NCBI RefSeq assembly: GCF_018350175.1
Contig: NC_058368.1
Coordinates: 92,382,001 to 92,446,000, forward strand
DNA: 64,000 nucleotides
Source of the DNA: Felis catus
Taxonomy: Eukaryota
Reading direction: 5' to 3'
Shown here: in pieces, positions 24,907-38,620 of the stretch
Layout: each line of letters begins with the position of its first letter
How positions within the stretch are numbered: position 1 is the first letter of the stretch
Translations under genes and position numbers: made by a program
Notes under the pieces: generated by a model
Databases searched by the model: none
What the model was told of the DNA's origin: nothing
The model's input: the letters and a program-made list of their open reading frames with translations, nothing else

Positions 24907-25125
24907 GGGCACCTGGGTGGCTCAGTTGGTTAAGTGTCCACCTCTTGGTTTTGGCTCAGATCATGATCTCATGGTTTGGTGAGTTTGTGCCCTGAGTCAG
25001 GCTCTGCACTGGCAGTGTGAGCCTGCTTGGGATTTTCTCTCTCTCTCTCTCTCTCTCTCTGCCCCTCCCCTGCTTGCGCTGACTCTGTCTTTCTCAAAAG
25101 AAATAAACCAAAAAAAATTTTTTAA
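24907..25125 (+). mobile_element. CAN-SINE
   Basis: TSD aatatgaaatatca. Confidence 0.92.
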
Positions 25126-25354
25126 AATATGAAATATCATTGTCACCATAATACCAGGATATCTACCAGAATATTCACATGTATATATGTACATGTATAT
25201 GTAATATGTGTGTGCATATATTTAATTTAGAAATGTAAGTCCAATTTTAAATGGATGGGAAACCTAAAACAAGTCTTTCAGCTAAAGGTGCTGTATTTTG
25301 GTTATAAACCACTGAGACATACCCAGGGAAATATATTATCACTTCTTATAGCAG

Positions 25355-25492
25355 TCTTCAGTTTGACTTTAAGGAAAAACAATTAAAAATGGCTCAGTAA
25401 ACTCTGAAAGGACTCTATTTTATGGATGATTGCACCACTAAATCAGAAACCATTACCTGTGAAATAGTCTAATTGAATTCCTGATGGCACGG
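25355..25492 (+). pseudogene. Candidate exon, phase 1->1
   Basis: cttcttatagcag| (NAGNAG) and acgg|gtcagc; 4 stops. Confidence 0.35.
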
Positions 25493-25661
25493 GTCAGCTT
25501 TATTGTTTTTCAAAAGAAATCTACATTGAAGATAGATTGGAGCTTCAAAATAGTTCTTAAGCTCCTAAATATTTTTGCTTTTTTGGATAGTGCACATAAA
25601 ACATTTGGAAAACTTACATAATGTTTGGGAACTCAGACTAATAGTAAAATACATTAAAATC

Positions 25662-26245
25662 TTTTTTAAAAAATGTTTATTCATTTTTGAGAGTAAGATT
25701 GAGAGAGAGAGAGAGAGAGAGGGGGAGAGAGGGAGGGAGAGAGAGAGAGGGAGAGAGAATGAGAGGGTGAGGGGTAGGGAGAGAGGGAGACAGAGGATCC
25801 AAAGCAGACTCCTCGCTGACAGCACAGAGCCTGATGCTGGGCTTGAACTCCTGAGTCATGAGATCATGACCTGAGCTGAAGTTGGGAGCTCAACGGACTG
25901 AGCCATCCATGCCCTACATTAAAATCTTTGAAATGATTGATTCGTGGAGTCTTTAATTAACTTGCTGTATGACCAACCAGCAATTCCATTCTTACCCTTT
26001 TTCCTTATGTTCACTACCACCTGCTTTTAAAATTGTTACCAGTCTACTTCCACTGCCATTGTGCTTCCAGTCTGTCCTTGGTTACTATGAGACATAAAAG
26101 ATATGAATGGCTTATAGTATCAATTCTCAAACTTTTTTAAAAAAGATTTTATTTTAAGTAATCTCTACACCCAACGTGGGGCTCAAATTCACAGCCCCAA
26201 GATCAAGAGCCACATGCTCTACCAACTGAGCCATCCAGGCACCCC
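25662..26245 (-). mobile_element. Reverse CAN-SINE (25662-25915) and short SINE (26132-26245)
   Basis: SINE motifs; TSD tacattaaaatcttt. Confidence 0.88.
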
Positions 26246-26391
26246 TCAAACTTTTTAAAAAAACTATTACCACCTTCCAGGGGCAAGGGATCTTATTGAT
26301 AATAGGGGATTGATTGGAAATGAACAAAATAATGCAAATGGTAGAAAAATTCATGCATAATGGACTTATTAAAGGGTTTGTTCTTTGTTAG

Positions 26392-26944
26392 GATTTGTGC
26401 TACATAAAATGAAAGTGTCCAGAATTGTAGAGGATTCTCCTTATAGAGATAAAGATCTTGCACTTCTGGGTCTGTTTTCAGTTTAGAAGAAAGACCCTTA
26501 TCTTCCATTTCCTCAGTCCTTTATCAGCAGGGATTGTGCTTTTTTGAGCCCTGGGTTTGTTTGTTCGTTTGTTTTTAAGTTTATGTATTTTGAGAGAAGC
26601 AGAGAAAGCACAAGTGGGGGAGGGACAGAGAGAGAAGGCGAGAGGGAGAATTCCAAGCAAGCTCTACACTGTCAGCACAGAGCCTGATGCTATGAGATCC
26701 TGACCTGAGCTGAAACCAAGAGTTGGCTGCTTAACCAACTGAGCCACCTAGGGCACCCCTGAGTCCTTGTTTTAAGGCAACAAAGTGATCCCAGTGTCAG
26801 ATCTGTTCAGTCAGAAAAGAAATGATGGAAATGAAATGGAAAGGCCATTTGCTGTCCCAGGACAATTCCAGGGATGCTGATGGAAAGCTTAGGAGACAAG
26901 TCTGCATTGACCTTAGTGTTAACGATTTGGCTTTTATGTATTTG
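26392..26944 (+). pseudogene. Candidate exon, phase 1->0, split by a SINE (GFVLHKMKVSRIVEDSPYRDKDLALL...KWKGHLLSQDNSRDADGKLRRQVCIDLSVNDLAFMYL)
   Basis: ttctttgttag| and ttg|gtgggc; removing the 215-nt SINE plus one TSD copy restores one frame of 338 nt with 2 stops. Confidence 0.55.
26559..26759 (-). mobile_element. CAN-SINE inserted within a candidate exon
   Basis: Reverse SINE; degenerate TSD tgagccctgggttt/tgagtccttgtttt. Confidence 0.9.
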
Positions 26945-27534
26945 GTGGGCCTGAATGGTTTGCTTTCTGTTCTCTGATGACTCACCTATCCATGTGTATT
27001 TGTGGGATGAGGGGGGCAGGCATCCAGGGAAGAAGGCGGAAGAGATGGGGGGATAAGGAATGTCCAGGGAGGCAATCAGATCACTTGTTGGAAATAATTA
27101 TTTTGTACTTTCTTTTTTTTTTTTTTTCCCCCTTTAAAAAAAAATTTAGTATTTATGCCTTCTGGTTCTTTTTTTTTTTTTTTTTTTTTTTAAACTTATC
27201 CTATTTCAGAGGTAAATAACAGTAGAGGGAGCATTTTTCCTCCTAGTTTTGCCTCTGAGTTTTCACCATTATTAATGTCAATAAAAAATTGCTTTTGCTT
27301 TAAAGCAAATTTTTTAAATTTGCTTTACATTTTTTTAAATTCTTTCAAATGAAGGAATCAGGGTTTATGCAATAATTTGATAGTTATTTATTGAATGCTT
27401 CCAACATCATAGGCACTCTGTTAGGTGCTTGAAATATCCTATTGGGTCTAGTTTATGAAGAGGTTTTTTAGTGTATATATTATATATACATATATATATT
27501 ATGTAAATATTTATTCGTACAAATATATATTCCT

Positions 27535-27611
27535 TCAGGTTGTGGGATCTCACTATTGTGGGATCAAACCCTGTGTCAGGCTCTGTCCTGGGCATGAAGC
27601 CTGCTTGGGAT

Positions 27612-27643
<32 letters not shown>

Positions 27644-28007
27644 CCTCTCTCCCTCTCTCCCTCCCTCCCTCCCTCTGCCCCCCCCACTTGTGTGCTCTCT
27701 CTTTCTCTCTTTCAAATAAAAAAAATTACATTAATACATCTCCTCACATTAAATCACGTTTACATTCTTGCAATGAAATTGATTTGGCCAATTAAAAAAA
27801 TTTTTTTAATGTTTATTTATTTTTGAGAGAGAGACAGAGTGTAAGCAGGGGAGGGACAGAGAGAGAGAGGGAGGCACAGAAGCTGAAACAGGCTCCAGTC
27901 TCTGAGCTGTCAGCACAGAGCCCAACACAGGGCTCGAACCCATGAACTGTGAGATCATGACCCGAGCTGAAGTTGGACGCTTAACTGACTGAGCCACCCA
28001 GGCACCC
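27535..28007. mobile_element. Inverted CAN-SINE pair (27535-27725 +; 27800-28007 -)
   Basis: SINE motifs. Confidence 0.88.
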
Positions 28008-29227
28008 AAGACTCTCAATTTTATATGTTGAATTTTTCCCTCGGCTTGTTCTTTGCCTTTTATCCTCATTTATTGAATTTATTTTTGCATAGTTTTAATT
28101 TTATGTGGTCAAATTGATAAGCCAGTTCTTAATTACTTCCCTGCCATGTTCCGACCCTGAGATGATTAAAGATTTACTCATTTTCTTCTCATACTTTTCT
28201 GTTTTTATTATGTGCATTTACATCTTTGGTCTCGCTGGAATTTATGCGCCAAGTTGTTACATAGACATAAGCTTAATGTTTTTCCTCAAGTGGTTTCCCT
28301 GTTGGTCCGTAGCACTTACCTGATGGCCTGTCCCTTTTATTTAGAATGTCATCTTTGTCATATCTTAAATCCCAGCTACCTCTTCTCTTCCATTTGCTTA
28401 TCCATTTCAAATACTGTTCTGTTTTAATTACTAAATCTTCACGGTAAGTTTTGATATTTGGTAGGAAATCTCTCTCTCGTTCCTCTTCAAAACGGACAAG
28501 GGTATTCTTGCAACATTGATGTTTCTATGAAGTTTGGAGTCCTTTGTGTACGTGTTCCATGGAAAATCTTGTTGGGTTTTTATTTGAAGTACACTGGTGT
28601 CATATATTATTTGGCAGAGAGACCAAAGGTTTACAGGGTTCCCTTCCCTTCTGTGAGCATGGCTTAGATCTCCATTTATTCAGGTCTTCTTTTAAGGCCT
28701 CCAGTAAAATTTTTCTTCAGTAGCTTTGTTCAGTTGGTTACACCTCTCTCAGGCTACTGACTTTCTTCAAATGATTGGTTCTCCTTAGCTGTACATTTGT
28801 TTTTATGCTGATTGGAATGGGCAACCAGTGTTTGTGTGTTCACCCCAAGTATTGATTCCTTGCATGGGCCTGTGGATTCTTGGCTTTGTGGTTGTTGCTA
28901 AGTCCTGTTTCAAAGGTGGACTTACCTTTGGTGTGTGTGGAAGGTCCCCTGTGACTGCCAAGATGAGTTGACAGGCATATGCCTCAGTGTATTGTATTCT
29001 TTGGAAGAACTGGTTCAGGCTCTAACACCCATCATAAACTGGTAAGCACACCTTTCCCTCTGTTTAGATTTAACATGTAACTGTTAGAGTGCTGGCCAGG
29101 GGCGCATGCTGTAGACCATTGTTCTGTCTACACCTGGTAGAGGATAGGCTAGTTGGCCCAACTGTCAAAGGTGATCATTACCTTAAATGCTGCCCCACAG
29201 CTCCTCTGGCTTCTGTTCCTGCCAATT

Positions 29228-29457
29228 CTTTTTTTTTTTTCTTTTTGTTTGTTTATTTACTTATTTTGAGAGAGAGAAAGAGAGGGAGCATGTGAGCAGG
29301 GGAGGAGCAGAGAGAGAGGGAGAGAAAGAATACCAAGCAGGCTCCATGCTGTCAGTGTGGAACCTGATTGGGGGGCTTGATCTCACAAATGTGAGATCAA
29401 TGACCTGAGCCAAAATCCAGAGTCAGGTGCTCAACTGACCCAGCCACCCAGGAGTTC
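29228..29457 (-). mobile_element. CAN-SINE
   Basis: TSD ttcctgccaattc/ttcttgccaattc. Confidence 0.88.
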
Positions 29458-30104
29458 TTGCCAATTCCAAGCCTAGAGCTTTCTTGGTTAGGAATGACCT
29501 GTGCTTCTGTGAAAGCCTTGTCCTGTACCTGTTTTGCCTTTTGGTTTTCTCTGCCCTGGTTTATCTGTCATTATGATCCATTCTTCTTTTAGTCTTCCAG
29601 AAAACCTTCAACATTTCTGGAAACAACAACAACAACAACAACAATAACAACAACAACCAGTTCTTACTCTTACTATGGCTATGCTATATCTTTATTAGCC
29701 TGGATTTACTGTCATGTTAATGACATTTTTATGTATCTGTGCGTATATGTGACTGCAGAAGGAACATCTCCATAGAAATTTCCATTTTCTAATGTGCTAC
29801 CTTTCTTATATAAGGGAGTCACTGAGTTTTGTATATTATATATGCTATGAGCCACATTTCTGAACTTTCTTTTAATTTCTGATGACTTTCTCAGTTCATT
29901 TCTTTGTAGTTCAAGAGCTGCTTTCCATCGGTTTATTCAGTGTGATTTGTGGACTCAAGACCTTCTTCTTCTCGGGAACATTTCTTCTAAATTGCTTTTG
30001 CTTCATCTATTCTGTTGCCTCTTGATAGAACAAAACTATGTGTATCTATAAGTTTGCATATAAGTACGTGCCTGTGCTTTATATCTTTCTAGTCTTTCAT
30101 TATT

Positions 30105-30311
30105 ATTTTTTTAATGTTTATTTATTTTTGAGACAGAGACAGAGCATGAACAGGGGAGGGGCAGAGAGAGAGGGAGACACAGAATCCAAAACAGGCTCCA
30201 GGCTCTGAGCTGTCAGCACAGAGCCCGACGCGGGGCTCGAACCCATGAACTGTGAGATCATGACCTGAGCCGAAGTCGGACGCTTAACTGACTGAGCCAC
30301 CCAGGTGCCCC
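30105..30311 (-). mobile_element. CAN-SINE
   Basis: Near-consensus reverse SINE. Confidence 0.92.
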
Positions 30312-30621
30312 AATTTTTTCATTATTTTTTAAAATCTCTTTTCATATTTGGAGTTTTGGGTATTCAGCAGACCCTGAAAACAATGTATATGTAGTAGTTA
30401 CCACAGCAGTTTTTCCAAATAGCAATTCATGCAAGGTCTTGAGTGTTTTTCATCATGAATAAAATCCTAAACGTGTAGATAATTGATTGCTAGGGACTTT
30501 GAGGTGTCAAGGTAGTAATGTTTTTCTCATTCTGTCATTTCCCATCTCAGTCATATTCATTTAAAAATAATTTGTTTTTCAGTTATCCAGTCTTCTCAGT
30601 TTTCTCCAAAAGAAGCCAAGA

Positions 30622-31153
30622 GGGGGGCGTCTGGCTGCCTCAGTGGGTGGAGCATGGGACTCTTGGTCTTGGGGTTGTACATTCATGCCTCATGTTGGGT
30701 GTAGAGATTACTTAAAAATAAAATCTTAGGAATGCTTGGGTGGCTCAGTTGGTTAAATGTTTGATTCTTGATATTGGCTCAGGTCCTGATCTCATGGCCC
30801 GATGTCGGGCTCTGTGCTGACAGCATGGAGCCTGCTTGGGATTCTCTCTCTGCTCCTCCCTTGCTCACATGCACTCTTTATCTCTCTCTAAAAATAAATA
30901 AATAAACATTAAAACAATCTTTTTTTTTTATTTAAAATTTGTTTTTTTTTAATGTTTATTTATTTTTGAGACAGAGAGAGACAGAGCATGAACAGGGGAG
31001 GGTCAGAGACAGAGAGAGACACAGAATCTGAAACAGGCTCCAGGCTCTGAGCTGTCAGCACAGAGCCCGACGCGGGGCTCGAACTCACGGACCGTGAGAT
31101 CATGACCTGAGCCGAAGTCGGACGTTTAACCGACTGAGCCACCCAGGTGCCCC
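30622..31153. mobile_element. SINE cluster (30622-30727 +, 30728-30915 +, 30940-31153 -)
   Basis: Outer TSD aaaagaagccaagagg; inner TSD taaaacaatcttt. Confidence 0.9.
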
Positions 31154-31329
31154 TAAAACAATCTTTAAAAAAAGAAGCCAAGAGGATTTTTATTAAATAG
31201 TCACTTATAAAATTTTTCAGAGGAGGAAAAACGGGTTAGAGTAGACCCATCTCTCCTTCTATCCCACCATTAAAGGGGTTAGAAGTGAAGTAGGAAGATG
31301 TGCAGAGGTAAATGTTTATATTTATCAGA

Positions 31330-31661
31330 CACACAAGTTAATCTCATTTCATGGATGTAATACTTTGATGCAAGGATGGACACATAGACCAATAGGAGAG
31401 ATAGAGTCCCAAGAAATACATACATGTATGGTGGCTTGATCTACAATAAAGTTGACAGTGCAATTCAATGGAGAAAAGATTACTTTTCAATAAATGGTGC
31501 TGGAGAAAGTAGTACCTAGTTGGGAAAAAAAAAAAATCTTGAACTTGACCTTACACGAGATTAATGCAAGATGGGTCATAGCTCTGAATGTGAATGGTAA
31601 ACCAATAAAGCTTCTAAAATATAACAAAGGAAGATGACCATGGAGTAGGTGAGATTTCCTT

Positions 31662-31692
<31 letters not shown>

Positions 31693-31990
31693 GGAAAGAG
31701 AGAGAGAGTGGGGGAAGGAGAGAGGGAGAGAGAATCTTAAGCAGGTTCTATGTCCAGCACGGAGCTGGATGCAGGGCTTGATTTCATAACCATGAGATCA
31801 TAACCTGAGCCGAAATCAAGAGTTGTACACTCAAATTGCCTGAGCCACCTAGGTGCCCCTAGGCAAGATTTCTTAAACTGGACATAAAAAGCGCTGAAAC
31901 ATCAAGGAAAAGAGATAAAGATAAATTGAGCTTCATTTAAATTAAGAACCTCCGCTCATTCAAAAGACGTAATTAAGAGAGTGGGTATGT
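31330..31990 (+). mobile_element. Old L1 ORF2 3' fragment with a reverse SINE (31663-31859)
   Basis: tttcaataaatggtgctgg and aaagcttctaaaatataac motifs. Confidence 0.7.
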
Positions 31991-32894
31991 TGGGGCGCCT
32001 GGGTGGCTGTCGGTTAAGGGTCTGACATCAGCTCAGGTCATGATCTCACCACTCTGTGGGGTGTTTGTTCACCACACCTGGGCACAACAGGAAGAAGAAA
32101 AAGGCTCATTCACAAAGATCTCATGGCAGGTGAGGGACGAAGATGCCCAGAGCCTTTGGAAGCGGGAAGGAGAAGCAACAAAGTGGTACATGCAGCAGGG
32201 TGAAATGGCAATGGTGTATAGTCAAATCACCTGCACACAGCGCTTAGTAAGTAGTAGCTACTTGTCAAATCTTAGAACTTTTGATGAAGCCAATAGCATC
32301 TCTGAGCAACTGGTGAAGAATTGTCTGGCCTTATCTTAATGTTTGGGCAAGTGTGTGTGTATGGTGGTATATATGTGTGAATGTCTGCATGGTGTGTGTG
32401 CCTATGTGTGTGGGCACCACAAGAAAAGTACTATCTTTGTATTAACCTGATGATCCTTTTCTATGAGACGTCACTTCTACTGGATTTCCAGGGGGTGATG
32501 AATAGCCTGTTTGCATCCCCTAATACATCCCAGCAAGGAGCCCAGCAGAGAGTCAAGCCCTTTGGTTGGAGAAATCGTGGGTGTTCTGGCAGAGAAAGTT
32601 GGGCGCTCTAGGGGAAAGCTGATTCTAACTGAAGTGTAATTAAAGAAGCAACAAGACTGGAATGGCCATCGTTTGGAAGTGAGGCGGGAAAGACTAATGA
32701 GAGGGAATGAAGATTGATAGTATAATGCTGACCCAAAGCTAAGTTTCTAGCATTGCCTGAATAATACATAAACTTGTAATTAAGATTTAAGATGATGCCC
32801 TGTGGGAAATGTTCTTTTGGGCCAGAAGAATTCAATATTTCTTGTGGTCATTAAAGGAAAGATGATAAATCATCTTTTCCTTCTCTTTTGGAAG

Positions 32895-32991
32895 TCAGAG
32901 AGTGGTAAACGTGAAACGCCAAGAAGGTGCAGAGGTATTTAGAAGGACGAGCTGAGGCTGCTGGAGAAATTCCAGACTCGTAGGAGTCTTG
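32895..32991 (+). pseudogene. Candidate exon, phase 0->1 (SESGKRETPRRCRGI*KDELRLLEKFQTRRSL)
   Basis: Long pyrimidine tract plus gaag|, ttg|gtgagt donor; 4 CpG; one TAG. Confidence 0.55.
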
Positions 32992-33106
32992 GTGAGTCTC
33001 CTCAGCTGAAATGTGTGTCAAGACCCAGAAAAGTTGTGATTCTCTGGTATGGGTGTGGGGTGGAGGGTGGGGGAGAGAACGGATTTGGAGTTTTGAACGT
33101 TTAGGA

Positions 33107-33329
33107 GTTTTTTTTTTTTTAATGTTTATTTATTTTTGAGAGAGAGAAAGAGACAGAGCATGAGTGGGGGAAGGGCAGGGAGAGAGAGAGGAAGACACAG
33201 AATTCGAAGCAGGCTCTAGGCCCGGAGCTGTCAGCACAGAGACTGATGTGGGACTCGAACTCCTGAACAATGAGATCATGACCTCAGCTGAAGTCGGACG
33301 CTTAACTGACTGAACCACCCAGGCACCCC
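33107..33329 (-). mobile_element. CAN-SINE
   Basis: Reverse SINE motifs. Confidence 0.9.
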
Positions 33330-33869
33330 AGGAGTTTATTTTTTTTAATGAGAATTTGGTCTAAACACTTTCTGGTCTGCCAATCTATTTGTTGAGCTTA
33401 GATTTTAGGTTTGAGATCTTTGCAGTGAAAATGAGACTATTCCAACTACCTCGACTGTGTGTGGCTCTGGGTGGATACCAATTCCCAACCTTCAGGAAGG
33501 TGCAGGGCAAACTGCAGAGGAATGGAGATTGGAGATGTGAAAATAGTCAGCCCACTTACCTCCATCTATACACAAGAAACCAGAGTGGATGGTCCAAAGT
33601 TGCATAGCCCCTTGGTGGTTGGGCTACAATTTGAATGCAGATTTGCTGTCTCAGCATCAAGGGTCCACAAGGAGACAATTTCAATCAGAGACACTGCCCA
33701 GTGCAGGAATCACCATTTTGTCTTCAAAAGTCATTTCCTGATGCCTTGTGGCTTCTCATAGACGGTGATACTGGGCATGGATGGAGAGAATCATAAACAC
33801 CTTTTTTGGGGGGTGGTGCTATAGGTTTAAAGAATAGAATTTTGTTGATTTCACTAAGCTGTGAGAGGT

Positions 33870-34900
33870 AGTTTTATTGTATAGTTAATAAGGAAGAACA
33901 TGGAGAGCTTTCTTCCAGTTTTATTTGTCTGAAGATGTCTTCTTTTTAAAATTTATTTATTTATTTTGAGAATGAGAGAGAGAGAGAGAAGGGGAGAGGC
34001 AAAGAGAGAGGGAGAGAGAGAATCCCAAGCAGGTTCTGCACTGTCAGCACAGAGCCCGACATGGGGCTCGATCTCACAAACCATGAGATTATGACCTGAG
34101 TCAAACTCATGAGTTGACACTTAACTGACTGAGCCACCCAGATGCCCGAAAAATGTCTTTGTATTACTCCCATTCTTTAATGATGGTTTGGCTGCATTTA
34201 ACATTATAGAATGATGGCTCTCTTCCCTCAGCACTTTGAAGATATTATTGAATTACTTTCTCCTGTCACTACTATCAAGAAGCCTGTCATCAGTATGATT
34301 AGTGTTGCTTGTAAATAGAAGTGACTGACCTTGTCACTTTTTGTCCTTGGTTTCTTGTCATTTCACCATGAGGATTGATATATAGATTTAGCAGTATTCT
34401 ACTTGGGACTCATTGTGGTTCCTGAAACTAAGTTTGTGGCTTTTACCAGTTGTGAAAAATTCACAGCCGTTATCTTTGTCAATATTGCCTCTCTCCCATT
34501 TCCTCTGTTCTTTCCTCCTAGTTTCTTAAAAGGTGCACGTTGGACCTTCTCATTCTCTCTTCCACTCCTGTTTACCTCATGTTTATGGTTTGCATCTCTC
34601 CACCTATTCTGGTTTGTCCTCTGTCATTTCCCCCCCTCTGTCTTCCTCTTTTTTTTTTAAATTTTTTTAATGTTTATTTATTTTTGAGAGAGAAAGAGAG
34701 ACAGAGAGCAAGTGGGGGAGGGGCAGGGAGAGAGGGAGACACAGAATCTGAAGAGTCTCCAGGCTCTGAGCTGTCAGCACAGAGCCTGACAAGGGGCTCC
34801 AACTGAACAACTGCAAGATCAGGACTGAGCCACCCAGGTGCCACCTTCATCTGTCTTCCTTTTAACTGGTTTTCTCTTTAGATTTCAAAGATGCTGTTCA
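33870..34900 (-). mobile_element. Old L1 fragment with reverse SINEs (33945-34148; 34648-34845)
   Basis: cagcactttgaagatatt and gaaaaattcacagccgttatctt reverse-L1 motifs. Confidence 0.65.
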
Positions 34901-35344
34901 GACTGTGTGTTATGGGATCCATTTCCCAAAATTCTGTGTGTTACTTCAACCAATACGTTTGTTCTTTTGTTCTGATGGTACTGATGGTTGGGAGGATCTC
35001 TTTCTAATCCAGTCCTTGCTGAGAGTGGATCCCTTTGAGGATCCCAGCTTAGTGTGGAGTCTGTTCCACCAACCTACCTTGCCTGGGGCCAAAGCTCATC
35101 TCTTTATGGCTGTTAATACGCAAATCCTTAGGTTACTGCCCTTCTTCCTTTGTTTCCTGGTGTCATTGAAGATTCAGCTCCCACTTACCATTCAGCTTTG
35201 ATGAAATTTCAGTTTTTTAGTGTTCCTCTTCATTTTTGGCATTTTCTCTCACTTTTGTGTCCTTGGTCATGCATTTAAGTGGAATTTTGCTGTCAACCTC
35301 CTTTAGATGCTTTGCATGGGAGAGTTTTAAAATTATTCAGATGA

Positions 35345-35500
35345 GGTTTCTTAAATTTAATGTATGTGTGCATCACCTGGCAATTTTGTTAAAATGTTGA
35401 TTCTGTTTCAGTAAGTCTGGGGTGGAGGCTGCTTTTCTGCATTTCTCACAAGCTCTCACTTGATGCTGATGCTTCTGGTCCACAGAGCACTCTCTGAATA
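35345..35500. mobile_element. MER5A hAT MITE
   Basis: gattctgtttcagtaagtctggggtggaggc...tgatgctgatgcttctggtcc. Confidence 0.75.
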
Positions 35501-35729
35501 CTAGCATATTAGATCACATATTATTGCAAACAGAAATCCATGGAAATTTACCTCTTTTCCAAAGAATCAAAAGGACAAGGGGATAGAGAAAAGATTCCAG
35601 TAGTTTCTATTAGTTAGACTCATTTGGCTGCAAGTTAGTTTGTACAAAAACCGGAGAACCTCTTGGAATCCTAGAGAACTTTTTTTTTTTTCCTCTGCAG
35701 AATGGCTGGAAACAGGACTTTGAATGTGA

Positions 35730-37273
35730 TCAACCAAAACACTGTTAGAACTAATAGATAAATTCAGTAAAGTTGTAGGATACAAAATCAATATACAAAA
35801 GTCTGTTTCATCTTTATATACTAACAACAAAGTATCTGAAAGAAAAATTAAGAAAACAATCCCATTTACAATTGCATCCAAAAGGATAAAAGAGCTAGGA
35901 AGAAATTTACCAAGGAGGTGAAACACCTGTATTCTGAAAACTGTAAGACATTGATGAAAGGAAATTGAAGACACAAATAAAGGGAAAGATACTCTGTGTT
36001 CAAGGATTGGAAGAATTAATATTGTTTAAATGTCCACATTACCCAAATCAATCTACAGAGTCATTGCAATCGCCATCAAAATTCCAATGGCATTTTTTTC
36101 ACAGATAGGACAAACAATTCTACAATTTGCAAGGCACCGCAAAAATCCTTAGTAGCCATTCTTTATAAAGAACAAAGCTACAGGCTTCGTGTTCCCTGAT
36201 CCCAAACTCTACTCCAAAACCATAGTAGTTAAAACAATATGGTATTGGCATAAAAGCAGAGATGTAGATCAATGGAACAGAACAGAGAGCCCAGAGATAA
36301 ACCCACGCCTATATGGTCAGCTAATTTACAACAAAGGAGTCAAGAATACACAAATGAGAAGAAATGGTGTCTTCAGTAAAAGGTGTTGGGGCAACTGGAT
36401 AGCAACATGCAAAAGAATAAAACTGGACCACTTTCTTGCACTACATACAATAATAAACTCAAAATGGATTAAAGACTTGAATGTAACTTTTGAAACCATA
36501 AAACTTCTAGAAGAAAACATAGGCAGTAGGGGTCTTTGCATTGGTCTTCGTGTTGGTTTTTTGGACCTGACTCCAGATGCAAGGGCAACAAAGGCAAAAA
36601 TAAACAGCTGGGACTACATCAAACTAAAATGCTTCTGTACAGTGAAGGAAACCATTGACAAAATTAAAAGCCTACCTACTGAGTAAGAGATGTTTGTGAA
36701 TCATATATCTGATAAAGGGTTCATTTCTAAAATATATCAAGAACTCATACAACTCAGCCCCCTGAAAAACAAATAATCTAATTTAAAATGGGCAGTAGAC
36801 CTGAATGAACATTTTTCCAAAGAAATCCTACAGGTGGCCAATAGATACCTGAAAAGATGCTTGACCTCACTAAACATGAGGGAAATGCAAATCAAAACAC
36901 AATGAAATACCACCTCATACCTGTCAGAATGGCTAGTATCAAAAAAAAAAACACCCCAAAAACAAGAAATAACAAGTGTTGGCAAGGATGTGAAGAAAGA
37001 GGAACTCTCATGCATTGTTGGTGGGAATGTAAATCGGTGCAGCTGCTGTGGAAAATAGTATGGAGATTCCTCAAAAAATTAAAGATAGAATTACCATATG
37101 ATCCAATAATTCCACTTGTGGGTATTTATCTGAAGAAAATGCAAACACTCATTTGTAAAGATATATGGACTGCTGTGTTCATTGAAGCATTATTTACAGT
37201 AGTTGCGATATGGAAACAACCTAAGTGTCCAATGATGGGTGAGTGGATAAAGAAGATGTGGTATGTGGTATGT

Positions 37274-37318
<45 letters not shown>

Positions 37319-37876
37319 ATGGAATATTACTTTTTATGCCTATAAAAATGAATGCAATTTTGCCATTTGCAACAACATGGATGGACCTAGATGGACTTAC
37401 GCTAAATCAGACAGAGAAGTCAGACAGAGAAAGACAAATACCATATGATTTTACTTATATGTGGAATCTAAAAAACAAAACAAATGGACAAACAAAACAA
37501 AACTCCTAGATGTAGACAACAGATTGGTGGTTGACAGAGGAGAGGGGGGTTGGGGATGAAGAAATACAAATATCCAGTTATAAAATAAATAAATCATAGG
37601 GATGTAATGTACAGTATGGTTACTATAGTCAATAATATTATATTGCATATTTGAAAGAGTTGATCTTGAAAGTCTCATCATAAGAAAAACTTTAGGGGCA
37701 CCTGGGTGGCTCAGTAAGTTGAGAATCTGACTCCTGATTTCAGCTCAGGTCATGATCTCAGGGTCATGAGATCAAGCCCTGTGTTGGGCTCTGTGCTGGG
37801 TGTTGAGATTCCTCAAGATTCTCTCCCTCTCCCTCTGCCCTTCCCCTGCTCTTGCACATGTGTGAGTGCACGCTTA

Positions 37877-37907
<31 letters not shown>

Positions 37908-38060
37908 AAAAAAAAGGAAAAACTTTATAACTCTACATGGTGACAGATGGTAACTAGACTTACTGTGGTGATCATTTTGCAATGTATACAAATGTCAAAT
38001 CATTATGTTGTAACCCGAAACAAATAAAATGTTACATTCAGTTATGCTTTAATAAAAAAA
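35730..38060 (+). mobile_element. 5'-truncated L1 (decayed ORF2 C-terminal part and 3'UTR) with a SINE at 37695-37915
   Basis: ORF fragments [42 protein letters not shown]; aataaa plus A tail near 38050. Confidence 0.92.
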
Positions 38061-38269
38061 GGATAGTACAAAAATTATTAGATCTGAAAGATGTGAAAAT
38101 AATTGTAACAATAATGATAGTTAAAAAAAAACCCATCAACTAACAAAGCAAAACAAAATGATAGGTGATAATTGGGCACTGGAGTTCTTTTGTGGCTCAT
38201 CATGAGTGGTGGCATGTCACTCTTATTTATTGGGGCAGTCACAGTTGTTACCACACAGCGCTGCAGCAG

Positions 38270-38458
38270 GAGACGGGGGTTCTCAAAGTATAGTCCCTGC
38301 CAGCAGCGTCTGCAACATCTGGGAATGTGTGAAAAATGTAGATTATCAAGCCCTACTCAGAGCTACTGAATCAGAAACTTAGAGTCTGGGTCCAGGAATC
38401 TGGTTTTAAAAGACTCTCTTAGTAATTCTGATGCATGCTAAAATTTCAGAACCCACTG
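38270..38458. mobile_element. MER5A hAT MITE
   Basis: ttctcaaagtatagtccc...actgaatcagaaact...gaacccactg. Confidence 0.75.
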
Positions 38459-38521
38459 GATAGAGGTTGTATAGTACATGCTAGAAGGCTGGTTTGTGCA
38501 AGCACGCCCTGAATGTCCTTG

Positions 38522-38580
38522 TTTTTTTATTTTTTATTTGAGAGAGAGAGTGAGCACACGAGTTGGGGGGGGGGGTGCAA

Positions 38581-38620
<40 letters not shown>

